Positions 1 through 14,010 of a DNA stretch of 64,000 nucleotides are shown piece after piece. The notes under the pieces are model-generated. The model saw only the letters and a list, made by a program, of their open reading frames with translations. It made no database searches and was not told the DNA's origin. The stretch spans positions 7,688,001 through 7,752,000 of the forward strand of contig OZ210884.1 in NCBI GenBank assembly GCA_964658305.1. The letters are read 5' to 3'. Made by a program: the position numbers and the translations under genes. The stretch comes from Leptogorgia sarmentosa. Its lineage: Eukaryota. The stretch's first letter is position 1. Every line of letters begins with the position of its first letter.

Positions 1-288
1 AGTTGTTCAAAGCTAGGGTTAACCCAATCTCGTACTCTGATTAATAACCCTCCAGTAGAATTATTAAGCTCAGTGGGTTAAATTTAGAACATTTAGAATG
101 TGTGGTTGGGATACATGTGTACACTTTGGGACACTGTGAATAACAACAACAACAAACGAATTCGAAGCAATCAAAGATGGACGCGTGTTGATCTTTTGTT
201 TATATTTGGTGAAATATACTACATTTTGATCATGGAAATAAACAAATTATTGAACTGATTGAAGATTTAACGTATTTGAGGATAAAAT

Positions 289-3200
289 ATGAGGCGATTA
301 GGCAGTGAGTTGAGACAGAGAAAACATCTCAAAGTTATACAAGATTTGGATGCATTTCCTAAAGTACCAGAAAGCTATCAAGAGACCACAGCCAGCGGCG
401 GAACAGGTTTTTATAGTTGTATATTAATAAAAGTCGTGTTCATATTGCCTTTGTTTTGTATTTTTTTTTAAACGACAGATTTAGGTAATTATAAATTCTT
501 GAAATTAGTGTGTACATTTATAACATTTTTGACCTTCTTTAATAACATATGTTGTACATACGTGTCTCTATATAATATACTGTAGTAAAGTGCAGATTTT
601 TCTGACATCTTCCTATGACAAAATCTGCTTGGTGTTGGTGATAACAAATTTTTGTTTTTTATCCTATTTTCACATGGTAATATTATAAATAACATGACCA
701 ACATGGCAAATTACTATGTAGTTGTGCCTGGGGTGCAGGCTTCGAGATGGTATTCCTTTGTCTATAGACATCCTGTCTTGTAGCTGAAAGAGTCCAGAGC
801 AATAGAGAGCATGATATAAACCTGTGTTGAGTTCACAGTCAAGGGCTCCATATTCATGAACCAAGAAAAGTGGCAATAGTACTGAATTAGCTGGGGTCTC
901 TTATCTTTTCTAATTTAGTAAAAAAACCCACCATAATTAGGATCAGATATGAGGTTTGTGTTTATTTCTCGGTCTTGATTGCCACTCTGGCATACAAGTA
1001 ACAGCTGAAAAAGTTGTACTTAAAACTGCGGTTTGATATCAAAGTTGAATGGTTGAATGTATACAACATTAGAATTACAGACACAGAAAATCATTGTTTG
1101 TCGAGTGCAGCTCCAAATGACACTTTTAGCAGATATCTTAATTAATTGATATCCAGACATTAACCTGTCAAGAATAATGTGAGGCATTGGATGCAAAGCA
1201 GGACCAGCTGTGGCAGAGAAAGAATGATTTTATTGATTTTGTTCTTTTTTAGTTTCCATTGTGACATTCCTTTTTATTGGTGTATTGATCCTCTCTGAAT
1301 TTCAATATTATCGAGCAACAGACATTCAATATAACTATGAAGTGGATACTGATGCAGACAAGTACTGTTTTTTATGCACAATCAATCATTCCAGAAAAGA
1401 TCCATCTCCCTCACCCCTGTCATTCCACCCAAAGTGGAAATTTTTGCTATCCAGATAGACAAATCATTGCATGATAGACAAATCTTCTATCTAGTAAATA
1501 AAAACCAAATTCTCGAAAAGAACCTTCTAAAATTAGTATTAAAATTTCAAAATTGCGGAGGCAAAATCAGGTTTGCACCACATGAACATGTCTTAGTTTG
1601 TGAAATGCAGTGCAAGGTTTGTAGGTCTTCGAACACCTGAAAAATTTTTGAAACTGGGAAAGTCTTTGAAAAGGCTTGAAATCATGAGGAAACGGGAAGA
1701 AAGTCTCAAATCCTGTAGTGAGTTGTTTGCTACAATTGCCTGACCAAAAGAATGGGTCGTTTGTACCACCTGTTAATTAGTAAATTCCATCTATCAAAAG
1801 TCTTTAAAACGTCTTTGAAAATAGGCAGAAAAAGTTTTGGAAAGTCTGGGGGGGCTACAAACTATGGATTTTGGTTTTGGGGAGGGGGGACTTGAAGACT
1901 AAAAACCCTGGGGTAATATGCAATGAATAATTTTTTGTCAACTTCTCGTTCTTTTCATTTCCCTTACAGTAAACTGCTGATCAATGTTGACCTGACAGTT
2001 GCTATGAAATGCCACGGTACAGATGCAAATCTTTCTCTGCTAAAACGTTTGTCATTTACCGTATATTCAAAGTTCCGTTATTTTCTAGATATTGGGGCTG
2101 ATATTTTGGATTTGTCTGGAGCAACTGTTGAAGGGGAGAACATAAAAGAAGAGGCAGTAAGGCTTTTTAATTGAAAAAAAACGTGATGTAACAGTGTAAT
2201 GTTTAAAAGGCATTTTATGGCAACAAAATATTCAATGGATATGCATGCATGTTTATACGTTACAAGTACAATGTCAGACTCAAACAACACATGTTTTAGT
2301 ACCCTAACTCTAACTATACCTATATACAATTTCCTATACATCCAGAATAAAGATAATAGGTGTGTTTTCATCACATTTCTTTTATTAGGTATTTTAATTT
2401 TTTCAAACGAATTATCTAATTGCATTGATTTTGCAGTAATATATTTTTTTCAGACTTTCTTTGAACTGGCAGAAAATCAAAAAGAATGGCTAAGGTTAGG
2501 AAATAGCGAAGTGCAAGAGGCTCAAAGAATGTCATAAAATGTCATCCTAATGGCTCACAAAGTTCAAACAGGCTCCTCACGAAACACAAGCATTTCAAAC
2601 TCAGAACAATTTGTTGTTTTTTATTTCAAATCTTATCATTGTACAGTACAGTACAGTACAGTACAGTACAGTACAGTACAGTACAGTACAGTACAGTACA
2701 GTACAGTACAGTACAGTACAGTACAGTACAGTACAGTACAGTACAGTACAGTACAGTACAGTACGTCCATGATCATTTTCTAGGAAATTTCAAAAGATGA
2801 AGTCTAACAAAGAAGGTTATAGAACAATCAATGAAGTAGAATTATTTGAAGGAAGTTTGCCCACAGCTATGCCTCAACGGTAAGTTTGCGAGATTGTACC
2901 CAGGTGATATCGTGTTTGTATTTTAGCAAATCCGTTTTGCTGTATTTACTTGATTATATTTTTCGTTATCCTTTACGAAGCCAGTTGGCATTTCTGTGTA
3001 ATTATATTTGGTTATGAGAACTATACTTCGAAATAAAGTATATCACGGGAGATATCCATAAGCCATAGTCAAGTTTCATTGAACGGAAAACTTTTTTTAT
3101 GTTTTAGTGATGATCTTCACAAACAATCCTCAAGACAACCAGATAGTTGTAGATTTTTTGGTTCATTCGCTGTGAATAAAGTGGCTGGAAACTTTCATGT

Positions 3201-6200
3201 TACTGTTGGAAAGTAAATAAAGAATCTATATCTACCACAGAATAAGATCACAGAGTATATATCAGACAGAGGTCTAGGCTAACTCAATATTAAAAAGTTA
3301 CATTTTCATGTACGCACTTTTTTTAATGTGGCGTGGCAAAAAAATGATCAACTACGCATGCTCGGCAAGTTGTAATTTAGTCGTCATCAGGTCGTCATCC
3401 AATCAGATGCACGCATCTAGTAACTTGCCGAGCATGCGCGCGCAAGAAGGTTTTGAGCAAAGGCCCTTCCTTGGGAATTAGTGTGGTGGTTAGGGAAAAT
3501 TTCACTTGTTATTCTGATATATTCACTTGTAGAATAAATATATATTTTCCAACCCACCCCCCACTAATTCTGACTAGGGCGCAAAAAGACACTGTTTACT
3601 ACGCCCTGTTCTGACGTTGGGCGTTTGTGCTTCAGTGGGTTTTAAAAAAGATTGTTTTGATATAGATCCATACCACATCCAAGAGGACACGCACATTTAA
3701 GTGCCTTTGTGGCTCCCACTGGTAACGTTTTTTTAAATATTTATTTTAAGTTTTCTCGTTTTCTGACCCTATAGAGTATATGTATATTTGTCAATTTTCC
3801 ACGCAACCGTTTGAATAGAGGAGCGTTTAACCGTATATAGGTCTTCAGAGATGTTTGCGAGTTATTATGTACAAATAAGTACACGTCTGCTTATGCAATA
3901 GTGAAAATGACTGGTAGTTGGGGAGGTTTAGTTTTGACTGATAATGATGATAATTCCACCGTGAAGGCAGCGGTAACGCTTTGCTATCATATGGTCAATT
4001 TACAGAGACTCGCAATTTATGAACTGATTTTAAGCAATTATTTTTCCATTGCAGTTTCACTAGTTTGTGCATTGTGTGGATTTTTCATTTTCCTTTAGAT
4101 TACAATTTTACGCATCGCATCAATCATCTTTCTTTTGGACCTCGAGTTCCCGGACTCATCAGTGCTTTGGATGGAGACATTCAAGTTACACAAAACAGTA
4201 AGTTACAGGAAACTCAGAGATTGAACTACCATCGATATGATAAGATTTATGTAATGATGTACGTTTATATTGCGGAAGCTATAATATTCGACCGTCCATT
4301 TGGGAAAATATTCTCAACGGTCAAGGGTTGAATGCTAATTCTAACCTTTTTCCCATCCACATTGTAATTTATTGTTGTTTTTTTTTACGTTCAGATCTTC
4401 ACAACTATTACTATTATATTAAAGTAAGTCTGTTTGAAATTTACACCACTGAATTGAAGAACAGTAATAGTATTATTATATTAATATAAAAAATATCACT
4501 TTCCTTCACATGTTGAAAATTTTTTATACCTCAACCTGGGAAGAATAGTGGCAACTGGAGATTGACCAACACTTATTTATTTATTCTTATGAAAATTTTA
4601 CTTGTTTTAGATCGTTCCGACAAGTATTAAGATGCTGAGTTGGCGAAATGAGTTAAAGACGAACCAATATTCCGTAACAAAACGGGTGTGTATTCGTATC
4701 TTTCTAGCGACACTGCATAGTTTATGACACACCACTTTTGAAATTCCTTGTTAACCATACTTCAGAATCGTTTGTATACATATTTCTACTACTATATCAT
4801 AATCTCTTTTTCTTAGTCCCGAAAAATTAATCATGGTGGAGGAAGTCATGGTGTCTCGGGTAAGTACAAACAATCCTTAAAAATTGCCATTGAATGAAAG
4901 TTGTTGAAACTTACCGTAGTAGAGAAAATTATAAATCTACCAAAAATGTGGAAAAATAAGCTCACCATAAGTTTGAAAGTGAGAAAAAAATGTCTTAGAA
5001 TTGCATGTAAATGTCAATTGCAGCCCGAGTCCGCTTCGGTTCATTGTTCGCTGCGACATTAACAAAAGGTGGGGCGGATAATGAACAAAATAATTAATCT
5101 ACCAAAATTTGGGAAAAAATAAATTGTATTTCATGTGGAATTCAGTGATTTGGATGGAAAAATGACAACTAGTGCCAGTCAGTATTTTTCCGTGTTTTCG
5201 GATCACCCGGTTGCATGTCTACAGAAAACAATGCTGCACGTTGATAATATCAAGTTGATTCCAAAATTTATTTTCATCAGGAATATTTTTCAAATATGAT
5301 CTTTCTTCGATTTTGGTTCGTGTCAACGAAGTTCATCGGCCATTCTGGCAGTTCTTGGTCAGATTGTGTGGTATTGTGGGTGGAATTTTCGCTACGTCTG
5401 GTATGTAGGATATAAGAAACGTTCCTACCTGCTACCGTGTAATGATTTATTAGCCATACACTAGAAACAACATGTACGGTGAATCGCACAAAGATAAGAC
5501 GATATTTTTTTTATTAGAGTCAGAATTACCATATAATATTAATCTCGACCTCGGGAGGAAAGTGATCCCAAAATAGATTGTGTAGCCGGGCGAGGATTGC
5601 TTCCACTTGCAGAACTTCGTGTCTGTTAATTTTTCACCCTCTTAATTGAACTGTTTTTAGTGTTTATTGTTAGACTGTTACAGGGTTTGGGCTTAGTTTA
5701 TTTTATAAAAATGAATGGGCTTTGTGTACTACATAATTCAACGCCGGATGTGATGCACGTTAAAAGTGGTGACACCGATTATAACTGGTGATCCTGGCCG
5801 TTTACGACACGGAATTAAAACTGCGTCACCATACCCTTCGTTCTTGTATTCCCACAAATATTTTTATCAATCGAGGAGAAATGATTGAAGTTAGTTTTTC
5901 TAGTGGACGTTTGATGAACAATTGACAACCTAGTAAAAAAAGAACCAAAGTCAAAAGGCGTTCTGCTAAAAATGTCAACATGTTTATATTTATATATTTA
6001 GGTATGCTTCACTCACTTGTTGGATTCTTTGTAGAAACGTTATATTGCAGAAAGAAGCAGGTAAAACAACGAAACCTTTTCATTGATTTCTCTGCATCAG
6101 GGTATAGTAGTTGACGTTACAGTCAATACGATATTGTCGTCAACATTGCGGTGGGGTGAGGGATCTCATGAGGCGGCAACCTTGTCGATGACGACAATAG

Positions 6201-6439
6201 TTTACTTACAGCCCTTTTGCAAATTCATTTGTTAACAAGCGAGCTTTTGAACACATGCATTTGTAAATATATGCACGGTCAAAAAAACACCTCATTCAAT
6301 AACGGTTAATTGTTATATAATTTTAAATTTTCAGGGATCCAAGACTGAAAGCGTAGGAGATAAACACGATTCATCGATTTCTAATAATCATCACGTGACA
6401 GACACTAACAACCTTAATCATCAACCAATAGTTTCGTAG
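289..6439 (+). CDS. ERGIC2: Endoplasmic reticulum-Golgi intermediate compartment protein 2 (Erv41 homolog), 15 exons, ~389 aa
   Basis: Exons read by hand with GT-AG boundaries and consistent phase: 289-406, 1253-1361, 1970-2016, 2089-2156, 2454-2494, 2784-2879, 3108-3212, 3666-3721, 4099-4197, 4395-4423, 4611-4685, 4817-4859, 5281-5400, 6002-6060, 6335-6439 (1170 nt). Family motifs: LDAFPKVPESYQETTASGGTVS, INVDLTVAMKC, CRFFGSFAVNKVAGNFHVTVGKSIPHPRGHAHL, YNFTHRINHLSFG, NQYSVT, GIFFKYDLS, FLVRLCGIVGGIFATSGMLH. Confidence 0.93.
2641..2764. repeat. (GTACA)n pentanucleotide microsatellite, ~25 units, in ERGIC2 intron 5
   Basis: Perfect tandem repeat visible directly; it ends ~19 nt before the exon start at 2784. 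Confidence 0.97.
3262..3440. repeat. Dispersed repeat family member; related copies at ~13330-13465 (inverted) and ~35160-35295
   Basis: Shared core ...ATTAAAAAGT(T/G)..CATTT...GGCAAAAAAATGATCAACTAC..(T/G)CTCGGCAA... found in all three places. Confidence 0.65.
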
Positions 6440-7555
6440 TAAGTTATGGCACAAGTATAATACGACACACTACACATGCACAATGCCATAGAGAAGTACA
6501 GCGGTCATCTTTTGTATCACCTGGGAAAAATTCTCGGAAAAATAAAAGAAACCTTTGAACGCCTAAAGAACAACTGCCTTAGCGACTTTTCGCTTCATGA
6601 TCGAATTACTACAGTACTTGAATTACAACAATACTCAGAATACATCCTTTCGGAAAACACAAGTCGAAAGCCAGGCTGAATCGCTAAGCTGCATCAACAA
6701 TTGCAATTAATATTTTATCTCAAGAAAAATGTAAACCTGGCCCAGAATGTTAAATTTGTCAAAAAATTTTTAAGGTACTGTGCCTTTGCTAACTTCAGCA
6801 AATAGTAATTCTTTCAGGCTCGCTTTCGAGTTTACTGTGACGTATGCTTCCCAAAAGGATGTATTACAGGAATACGCAAATTATTGACAATTATTGTACT
6901 CAAGTTATGTGAATACTGGCGACTTTCATTATGAAGTCGTTGTTAGGAATAGACATAAAGAATAAAAGGCTGCCACAAAATAACTTCAAGATGATATAAT
7001 TTCTTTACACTTATTCACCAAATAGCCTTTCGCACGGGCGATGTATCTGCCGTTTTTGCGTGCCGCAGACTTTCACGTTCAGGAATTTAAATTAAACATT
7101 TCAAAGTGCGATTTTCTACGCCTGCGAATTTACAATTAATCTCACCTGCCAAAGGTAGAATTCCAATGGTAGTCAAAGCATAAAATACAGCAATAATACA
7201 TATAAAGTTTTTCAAATCTACCGTTATTTACAACAGCTGGTTTTAAGTGAGACTATATACCAGCGACTTTAGCAGGTAGAAAGTTCTAAATAATCTCGTT
7301 CGTTACGTTAGGACTCGTAGCAAATACAATCAAATCATTACTGAGAAAAATGAAGATTTACAAATGTTATTTGTCATTTGCATTTGGTAATACCAGGTTG
7401 ATCAATACACTATGTTTGGATCACTGTATTGTGTATTGTTTTTTTTACTCGTAATTTCGATCCAGTTGTGTTGTGTCAGCATCATCAATGCATTCTCAAA
7501 GAAAGCGTTTCCTCAACTCGATCAAGATGAAAACATTGAGATTTCTGAGAAAATT

Positions 7556-9857
7556 TTAATCATATCTGGTGATATCACTCCAGTATTGATCCAGGAATTC
7601 CCCAAGATGTTCACATGCTTCTTCGAGACGAGGCTCGTCAAGTATCACATCCATCATGTCCTACATGAAATACATTCACTGAGCTTCGTCATATATCTGG
7701 AGTGAGAACTAAAGTTATTTGGCCTCTGGTAAAGTAAAGCCAAATGCTCATCCAGGCTCTTTGCGTCTGAGGACTAGTCTAAGGATTTCTAAGGACGTGA
7801 GATTAAAAATATTTCAGTAGACAAAATTACCGCATCAGCTTGGACCAGTTTATTTGCAGCAAATATTTGTGTACTTGAATTCTTCGACGCTTTCTGTCCT
7901 CTAAGTTTCATTAGTTTTTCCACCACCTAGATAAACACAAATTGTTTTGACAGTCTGCCAACACGAATATATCGATCTCTTGGCGCCACTGGACAAACTG
8001 TACTCAAAACCATTCTCCTACCTTTACTGAAAGTGCGCATTTTTTAAACTCACCTTTGGTATTATTTTTATATAGACTACAATTGGAGTTAGAGCACTCT
8101 CACTTATTTGTGAAGGATAATTAATTGACTTGCAATCCAACACCACTAGATGTTTCTTTGTATTTAATAAACTGAATATCACATCCAACTCTTCTTTCAC
8201 CTCATCTACAAAGTAATGTTGAAATGATCATACTGAACGTCTTAAAAAGTCTTATAATTGAATTGCATGTAATTGTCAAATATTCATATTAAAAAGGTTC
8301 GAAAAACAATTGAACTTTAAATCCCAGTATAAAGTCCTCTATCTCGTATTTTAACTACAGTATAAAGTACAGTAAGATACATCAAGGAGTTCAAGGGTCA
8401 TACCGTTTTTCAGACCACCCTGTGACTTTGGAGGACTTGGCGTTCTAAACGGTGTTACTGATAACGAATTCCCAAATCTTTCTGGTGCAATCGATCCAAG
8501 ACCCACCAGCGGTTTTCGTTTTGCTAAACTGATGTCTGATTCACAGCGATGGATAATCAGCCTGTGAGCATAATAAACCTGAGGGATTGTGATACTTTCC
8601 GTGGGGCGTTTCCTCATTGATAGGTCAAGGTTATCCTTGGGAGGGGGGACCTACCCTATAACCCTGTCTTTAGTTTGTGTATTTCTGCAGTCTGGGTTGG
8701 TTGTACCTACCAATGATGTTTATCTTTAATAGTCGATCGGGAAAAATTCAAAAACATTCCTATTCCTAATTTTAGCTAGTAATTTTAGCATTTTGGTAGT
8801 TGTTATGATTGAACGAAAACGATTCAAACATTTGTCAATTTGATTTTTTTTATTTATACACCTTTAAGCTAACCGGCCACTAGTTTATAACTTCGAAAGT
8901 ACCAAAGACGAAACCTCAATCGGCTGGATAAAATGCAACTGATTTGCTAAGAGTTAGCTGATGCAGTGGATATACATACATTCACTGTGTAGAGCAATCA
9001 ACGTGAGGGAACATTTTCTTACCTTCCTTCAAAACGTGTTTTCAGGTAATGGTATAAAGCCTTGTGCATCATGTCTGTTACCTTTATAAAATATATTGTG
9101 GCTCATTTTGTCTGACGGCAACATTAAGTTTATTTATGCGCTGCATGCCCTAGTTCATTGTATGCAAATTTTCCCGCATTTTTACTGTAAAAAGTATTAA
9201 CGACTTAAAGGAGCAATGCAATAATTTATATTTTATATTAAGTGATTGCTGCGAAATTTGTTTGGATGTAGCTACTAAAAAGGAAGGGCGAAACAAGAAG
9301 GATTTATCTTGCTTTTGAGCAATTGATGCTTTCTTAACCAATTTGATACCATATTATAACATTGTGTATCAATTAGCGCTCCCTTTAGCTAATTATAGCT
9401 ATGTCAATATTTCATATGAGCGTACGCTCAAAAATTATCATATTCGAAAATTATATTTGTCAACACAATTGTTAATTATAAACGATAAAAATTATGCCTA
9501 TTAATATTATACTTAGCTAGTAATCTCTTAATATATACCTATTAAGAGAGTACTAAATTTTGAATTACCTCACCAGGGCTTGAATGATCATCTTAAAATT
9601 TAGTGAAACGTCGAAGTTTGGTTGCGGTAAATAGAGCCTTGCGGGCGAACTTTGTACTTTTGCGGATTTATAAATTGACGCGAAAATTAACGAGTAGTAT
9701 ATTTAAAGTCATACATTGTTGACTTTCCCACGTTTGTGAGAAAATGATTCAGCTTCATAAAAATATCAGAGAAGCGAACAAACCTCGTATCCTTTTAGAG
9801 ATGGGCCAATGAAGATGACAGGACGTGTCTTCGGTGTGTCGTACGTGGAAACAAAAC
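7556..9857 (-). CDS. CACNB: Voltage-dependent calcium channel beta subunit-like protein (GK domain exons; 5' exons unresolved)
   Basis: Minus-strand exons 9857-9784, 9081-9023, 8561-8404, 8205-8054, 7926-7831 and 7660-7556 join in frame: [20 protein letters not shown] / [20 protein letters not shown] / [15 protein letters not shown]... / [50 protein letters not shown] / [10 protein letters not shown]... / [27 protein letters not shown]. This matches the Cav-beta GK consensus ([24 protein letters not shown]...DVILDENQLEDACEHL). Confidence 0.9.
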
Positions 9858-11619
9858 CTAAATCAGCCTAAAATTTGGGAATTGATTGTGAGGATATAGC
9901 AGCACTCTGACTGAGCGAAGATAACAAAAAATCTATAATTATGTAGCTAGTCGACATTACATATAGCCAGACTAGTCAGTATTAGACTGAGGGCTTTTGA
10001 TAAACCCGTTTTTTGCATGTAGGAAATGAATTTTTACTAATTTCGTCTGAATTTTTCACTAATTTCTCCCCTACTAATTAAAATCAAGCAATGATATCAT
10101 AACGTGTATTGCGCTATATATTTCTATCTTTAATGGTTCATGGATAATGACCCCCTGGAAAGCAGTTAAATATAACTACTATAGTAGTTAACTCGTTTCT
10201 GATTGGTTTACTTTCGCAGTTAACTATACAGTTATAACTTTAAGTCTTATTACATTTCTATACAACCGATCCCTGAACTTCAACGAAGAACCGAGTTTTA
10301 CTTTATGGACTCTTCCTGCTACAAGATATAACACTGTCTACATAATTATAGCTGGCATAATATCATCTCATCTCATCCCATCGTTTTATACTTGGCCTAG
10401 TAAATGCCCCGCAATTAGTAATTCGCCACTGTATTAAGCAGATATAAAACATTGATATACTCGGATGATGAGCTCGTTACAAAAAAAAGAACAGGGAGAA
10501 ATGATTCAAAATTTAGAGCGAATCTAAGGCTGTTTATCGGAAATCAGTAGCTAGGAATTCGTCTGAACAGACTTTTTTTTTGAAAGAAACTGAGGAAAAT
10601 ATCAAATGGGCTTCCAGTTTGAACGAAGTTCGAAATGTGCAGAGGAGACGCATAATTGTTGACAATAAAGTTAATATTCATACACATGAGAAAAATTTCC
10701 GGTCTCGGCTTTGATTTACATCTATATAGCCAAGATTTTATAACCTGATTTTATTGAAGTACATAAATGTATTAATAATCAATTTGTACAGCAAGCTATA
10801 CAGGTTTAGTCTGCATGCTATATGATTATTCAGTTTCTTGTAGCTGCGTTTACTTTTTTGTAATTGATCCTATCATTAAAGACTTATTATTTGTTTGCTC
10901 GACTGCCGTGAATTATTTTCTCGTGGCATCTAAATATTTCATTTTATCGGCATATGAGTTGCCCAAATTGACAAATTTTCTATGACAAATTCATTCCGTT
11001 TAAAATTGACATTCACACAATCCATTTTCAGAAATATAATTGCCAAAGTCGACGTCTGCATAGATACAAGGCGAAAGTTCCTTTCCAGCTTTAATTGGTG
11101 ATATGTACACGGCTACCTACATTTATTTTCTCTTTAAACGTATTTTATATGCAGTGTGACCCAGTTTCGGGTCTTGCTAATCTGACAAACGCTCAAAAGA
11201 CTCGTACAATTAAATGAGTATGTAAGAGGTAAACAATAATTCCTCATCCAGATATAGTCATATGATGATGATTTTTTCGTTTGAAATTAGACAATTCTTA
11301 ACCGTCTAATGAGACGTGTGATACAGCAAAGTAGTACTTCTAGCATGCCACGTACGTAGCTGTACGCATTTCATGTGCTATAGTTATAATATTTCGACAA
11401 ATCGCAGTTTCCAATTCATCCGATCATTTCAAAGCATCACATACAGACTACAGTAAATCTCTTTGGTTTCTGAGAAGTAAAGTAAAACTATTGACTTTGC
11501 CGACACTGAAGTAAACGTTGCGAATCGCTTAAAGTGGGAAGCGGCCATAACACTAGGATATAGGCGACAATGTATTGTGTTTGCAAATAAAAAAGTGGTT
11601 TGTTATTTGTCATTATTAC

Positions 11620-11670
11620 CTTTGTAAAAGCCCGAGATGCCCGTCTTTGTATCTCTGTCGCTAACGACAT
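11620..11670 (-). CDS. Candidate first coding exon of the Cav-beta-like gene (MSLATEIQRRASRAFTK)
   Basis: ATG at 11670 followed by an AAG|gtaata donor; weak resemblance to the helix preceding the Cav-beta SH3 domain. Could not be joined confidently to the downstream exons. Confidence 0.35.
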
Positions 11671-14010
11671 ATTTGAAACTTTAAATCTGACAAAAAGTAC
11701 AACCTTCTTTCTTCTTTTTAAATGAAAACCAGATAGAGATATTATATTCTTTAGCGTCCTCGCTTTGTCTCCTTCGATCGCTTCAATTCAATCGCAATTT
11801 CATCTGTATTTTTTTCTCTTAAATATTTTAGTAGTTTGTCGTCTCCCAAATTGTTACTTCCCCAAAATTTGCATAACGTTATTCATCAACTGCCTCAAAT
11901 AATCATGTCAAATTAACATATTTTTATACCAATCTTACTCTTCTTTGGAAAACGAAGTTTAGTTATTTGCGGCAATTTCATGAGAAATGATGTATATGTG
12001 ATAGTAATCCCAGCTATATATATATATATGAATGATAGAATAATGTTAAGTTTAGTAATAATTATTGAACTCAAGACAAAGCCCGAGCAGCTGTTCTATC
12101 TTGAAATAAAATTTTGTTAATATTCATCCTCATGTTTATATATTTGCTCCGTGAAACCTATCAGCGTTCTTGTAGGGAACTCATTAATATTCAAGCACAC
12201 AGTTTGTCGGTTTGAAATACGTGTGGGGAAAACTCGGTTTGAAATACGTGTGGGGAAAACATAACGGCCGCCATTTATATACAGTGTAGCTAACAATCAA
12301 TTCTTGGGAAATAACGACAACACAGAATGAGGAATCAGTAAAGCCAAGAGTCCTTGAACATTGAAATCTTCACACTGAAATTATACTTTTTTGAGTTTTA
12401 TCAATAATAATATAGTGTTGTTTTTATTATTAATTTTCAAGATATTCATTTTCCGCCTACACTGTCTTGAACGTGTTACAGACATCATTAAAATTGATAA
12501 GATCTATATCATTGTTTTAAGAAGAAGTACGTGATGGGTTGTCATCTGTCCAAGACTGTCCTTATGGGGGGTGTTGGGAGAAAATTAATTTTTTGTCGGC
12601 GAATTTATTAGGCTATCTTCGGTTAATCCGTTAGCCGTATATTATTCATCAAAATGTTGATAGTATGCGATACTTGTACAGTTGTACTTACTAATCATCG
12701 GATAACTATTATAGACATTCATGACTCTTTGATAATCCTAAATACAGTGAATGTATTACGATTTCCAGTTTTTGACCAAAAAGCTGCAAATTAACGCTTC
12801 CACCCACCCCGCAACCCCCTACAGTTCAACTGCCTTCGCGACCGTCCAGATGTGTTAGTTCTTGTTTGTGTATTATATGCGGATATATAGCAAGCAGCAT
12901 ACAACATAGGAAGTTCTTCTCACATACCTAAACAATACAATATAAAGATCGACGTGCAAAGGCCCTTCCTCGGGAATTACTTCAGTGTTGAAAAGTGGGC
13001 CGTTTAGTAGTAGCCGTTCTAATTATCGAGATCTCTGTCAGTATAAATATAAATGTCTCGCGTCTTTCCGCTGATAACACTTACCTTCATTATCCCGCAT
13101 ATCACAAAAACCTCTTCCAGTGCATTGTTCATTATAAAGGCCATATAATCCATATAATAGGTCATCGTTCCTTTCGAGGTTCTCTGTGTACTTTACCCAA
13201 CGTTAGTTATAGTTTTAACGTATAAAGAGTGTTCTCCAAACTTTCTTTTTGTCATCAGTCATCAAAAACAATAATTTTTGATGAGCGGACTGTGTGCGGC
13301 TATGTCCCGGCATTATGCGTCGAATGTGGAGAACACTTAATTTGAATTTGCCGAGGACGAGTAGTTGATCATTTTTTTGCCAGGCCGCATCGAAAACACA
13401 CGTGGGTACTTGAAATGTCACTTTTTAATATTTAGTTAGACATCTGTCTGATATATGCTCTGTGCCTATGCTGTGATTTCAGAATTTTGCATTGTGTTGC
13501 AAAAAATTACACTTTGATTATAAATTTTTGCACTGTGTGTGGTTACAAAATGTTGTATTGTCATTACATGAAGTTGCAGTGTGCAGCCATGATTATAGAA
13601 AATTGCTAACTGCACTGAAATGAATCAGGTAAAAAATATGCATTTTTCATCGCGCGCGTATTTTCTTGGAGATATTTGTAAATTTGTAGAGGAAATAATC
13701 GCATGGGTATGAAGTCATCGCATGTACAACAAAATCAATGATGCAAACATAAAATCAATGATGCTAAAAAACAACTTGGAAAATGTGCATGTTACTATAT
13801 TAATTTTAACACCTAATTCAAATGTAGCTGGCATACAAATGTCCCAGCGCTATTTTTGCAATATTTCACGCCACTTCGTAATCAAACTTAGCAGGTTTCC
13901 TTAAGAGAAAGACGGAAGTTGTCCACGATGAATAACATGTACAGTTAAGTGAAAAAACCGAATTACTACAACCGTAATATCAAAACCTATTACTTTCTAC
14001 ATGTGACAAT

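Noticed and set aside
489..876. Minus-strand ORFs in ERGIC2 intron 1
   Set aside because: Short, with no homology cues; likely chance ORFs.
2550..2783. ORF with (TVQYS)n repeats
   Set aside because: Translation of the intronic GTACA microsatellite, not a protein.
10260..11120. Small candidate exons (~11068-11116, ~10684-10722, ~10266-10318) linking the Cav-beta ATG exon to the GK exons
   Set aside because: Splice-like signals exist, but the phases could not be made consistent and the peptides are unrecognisable.
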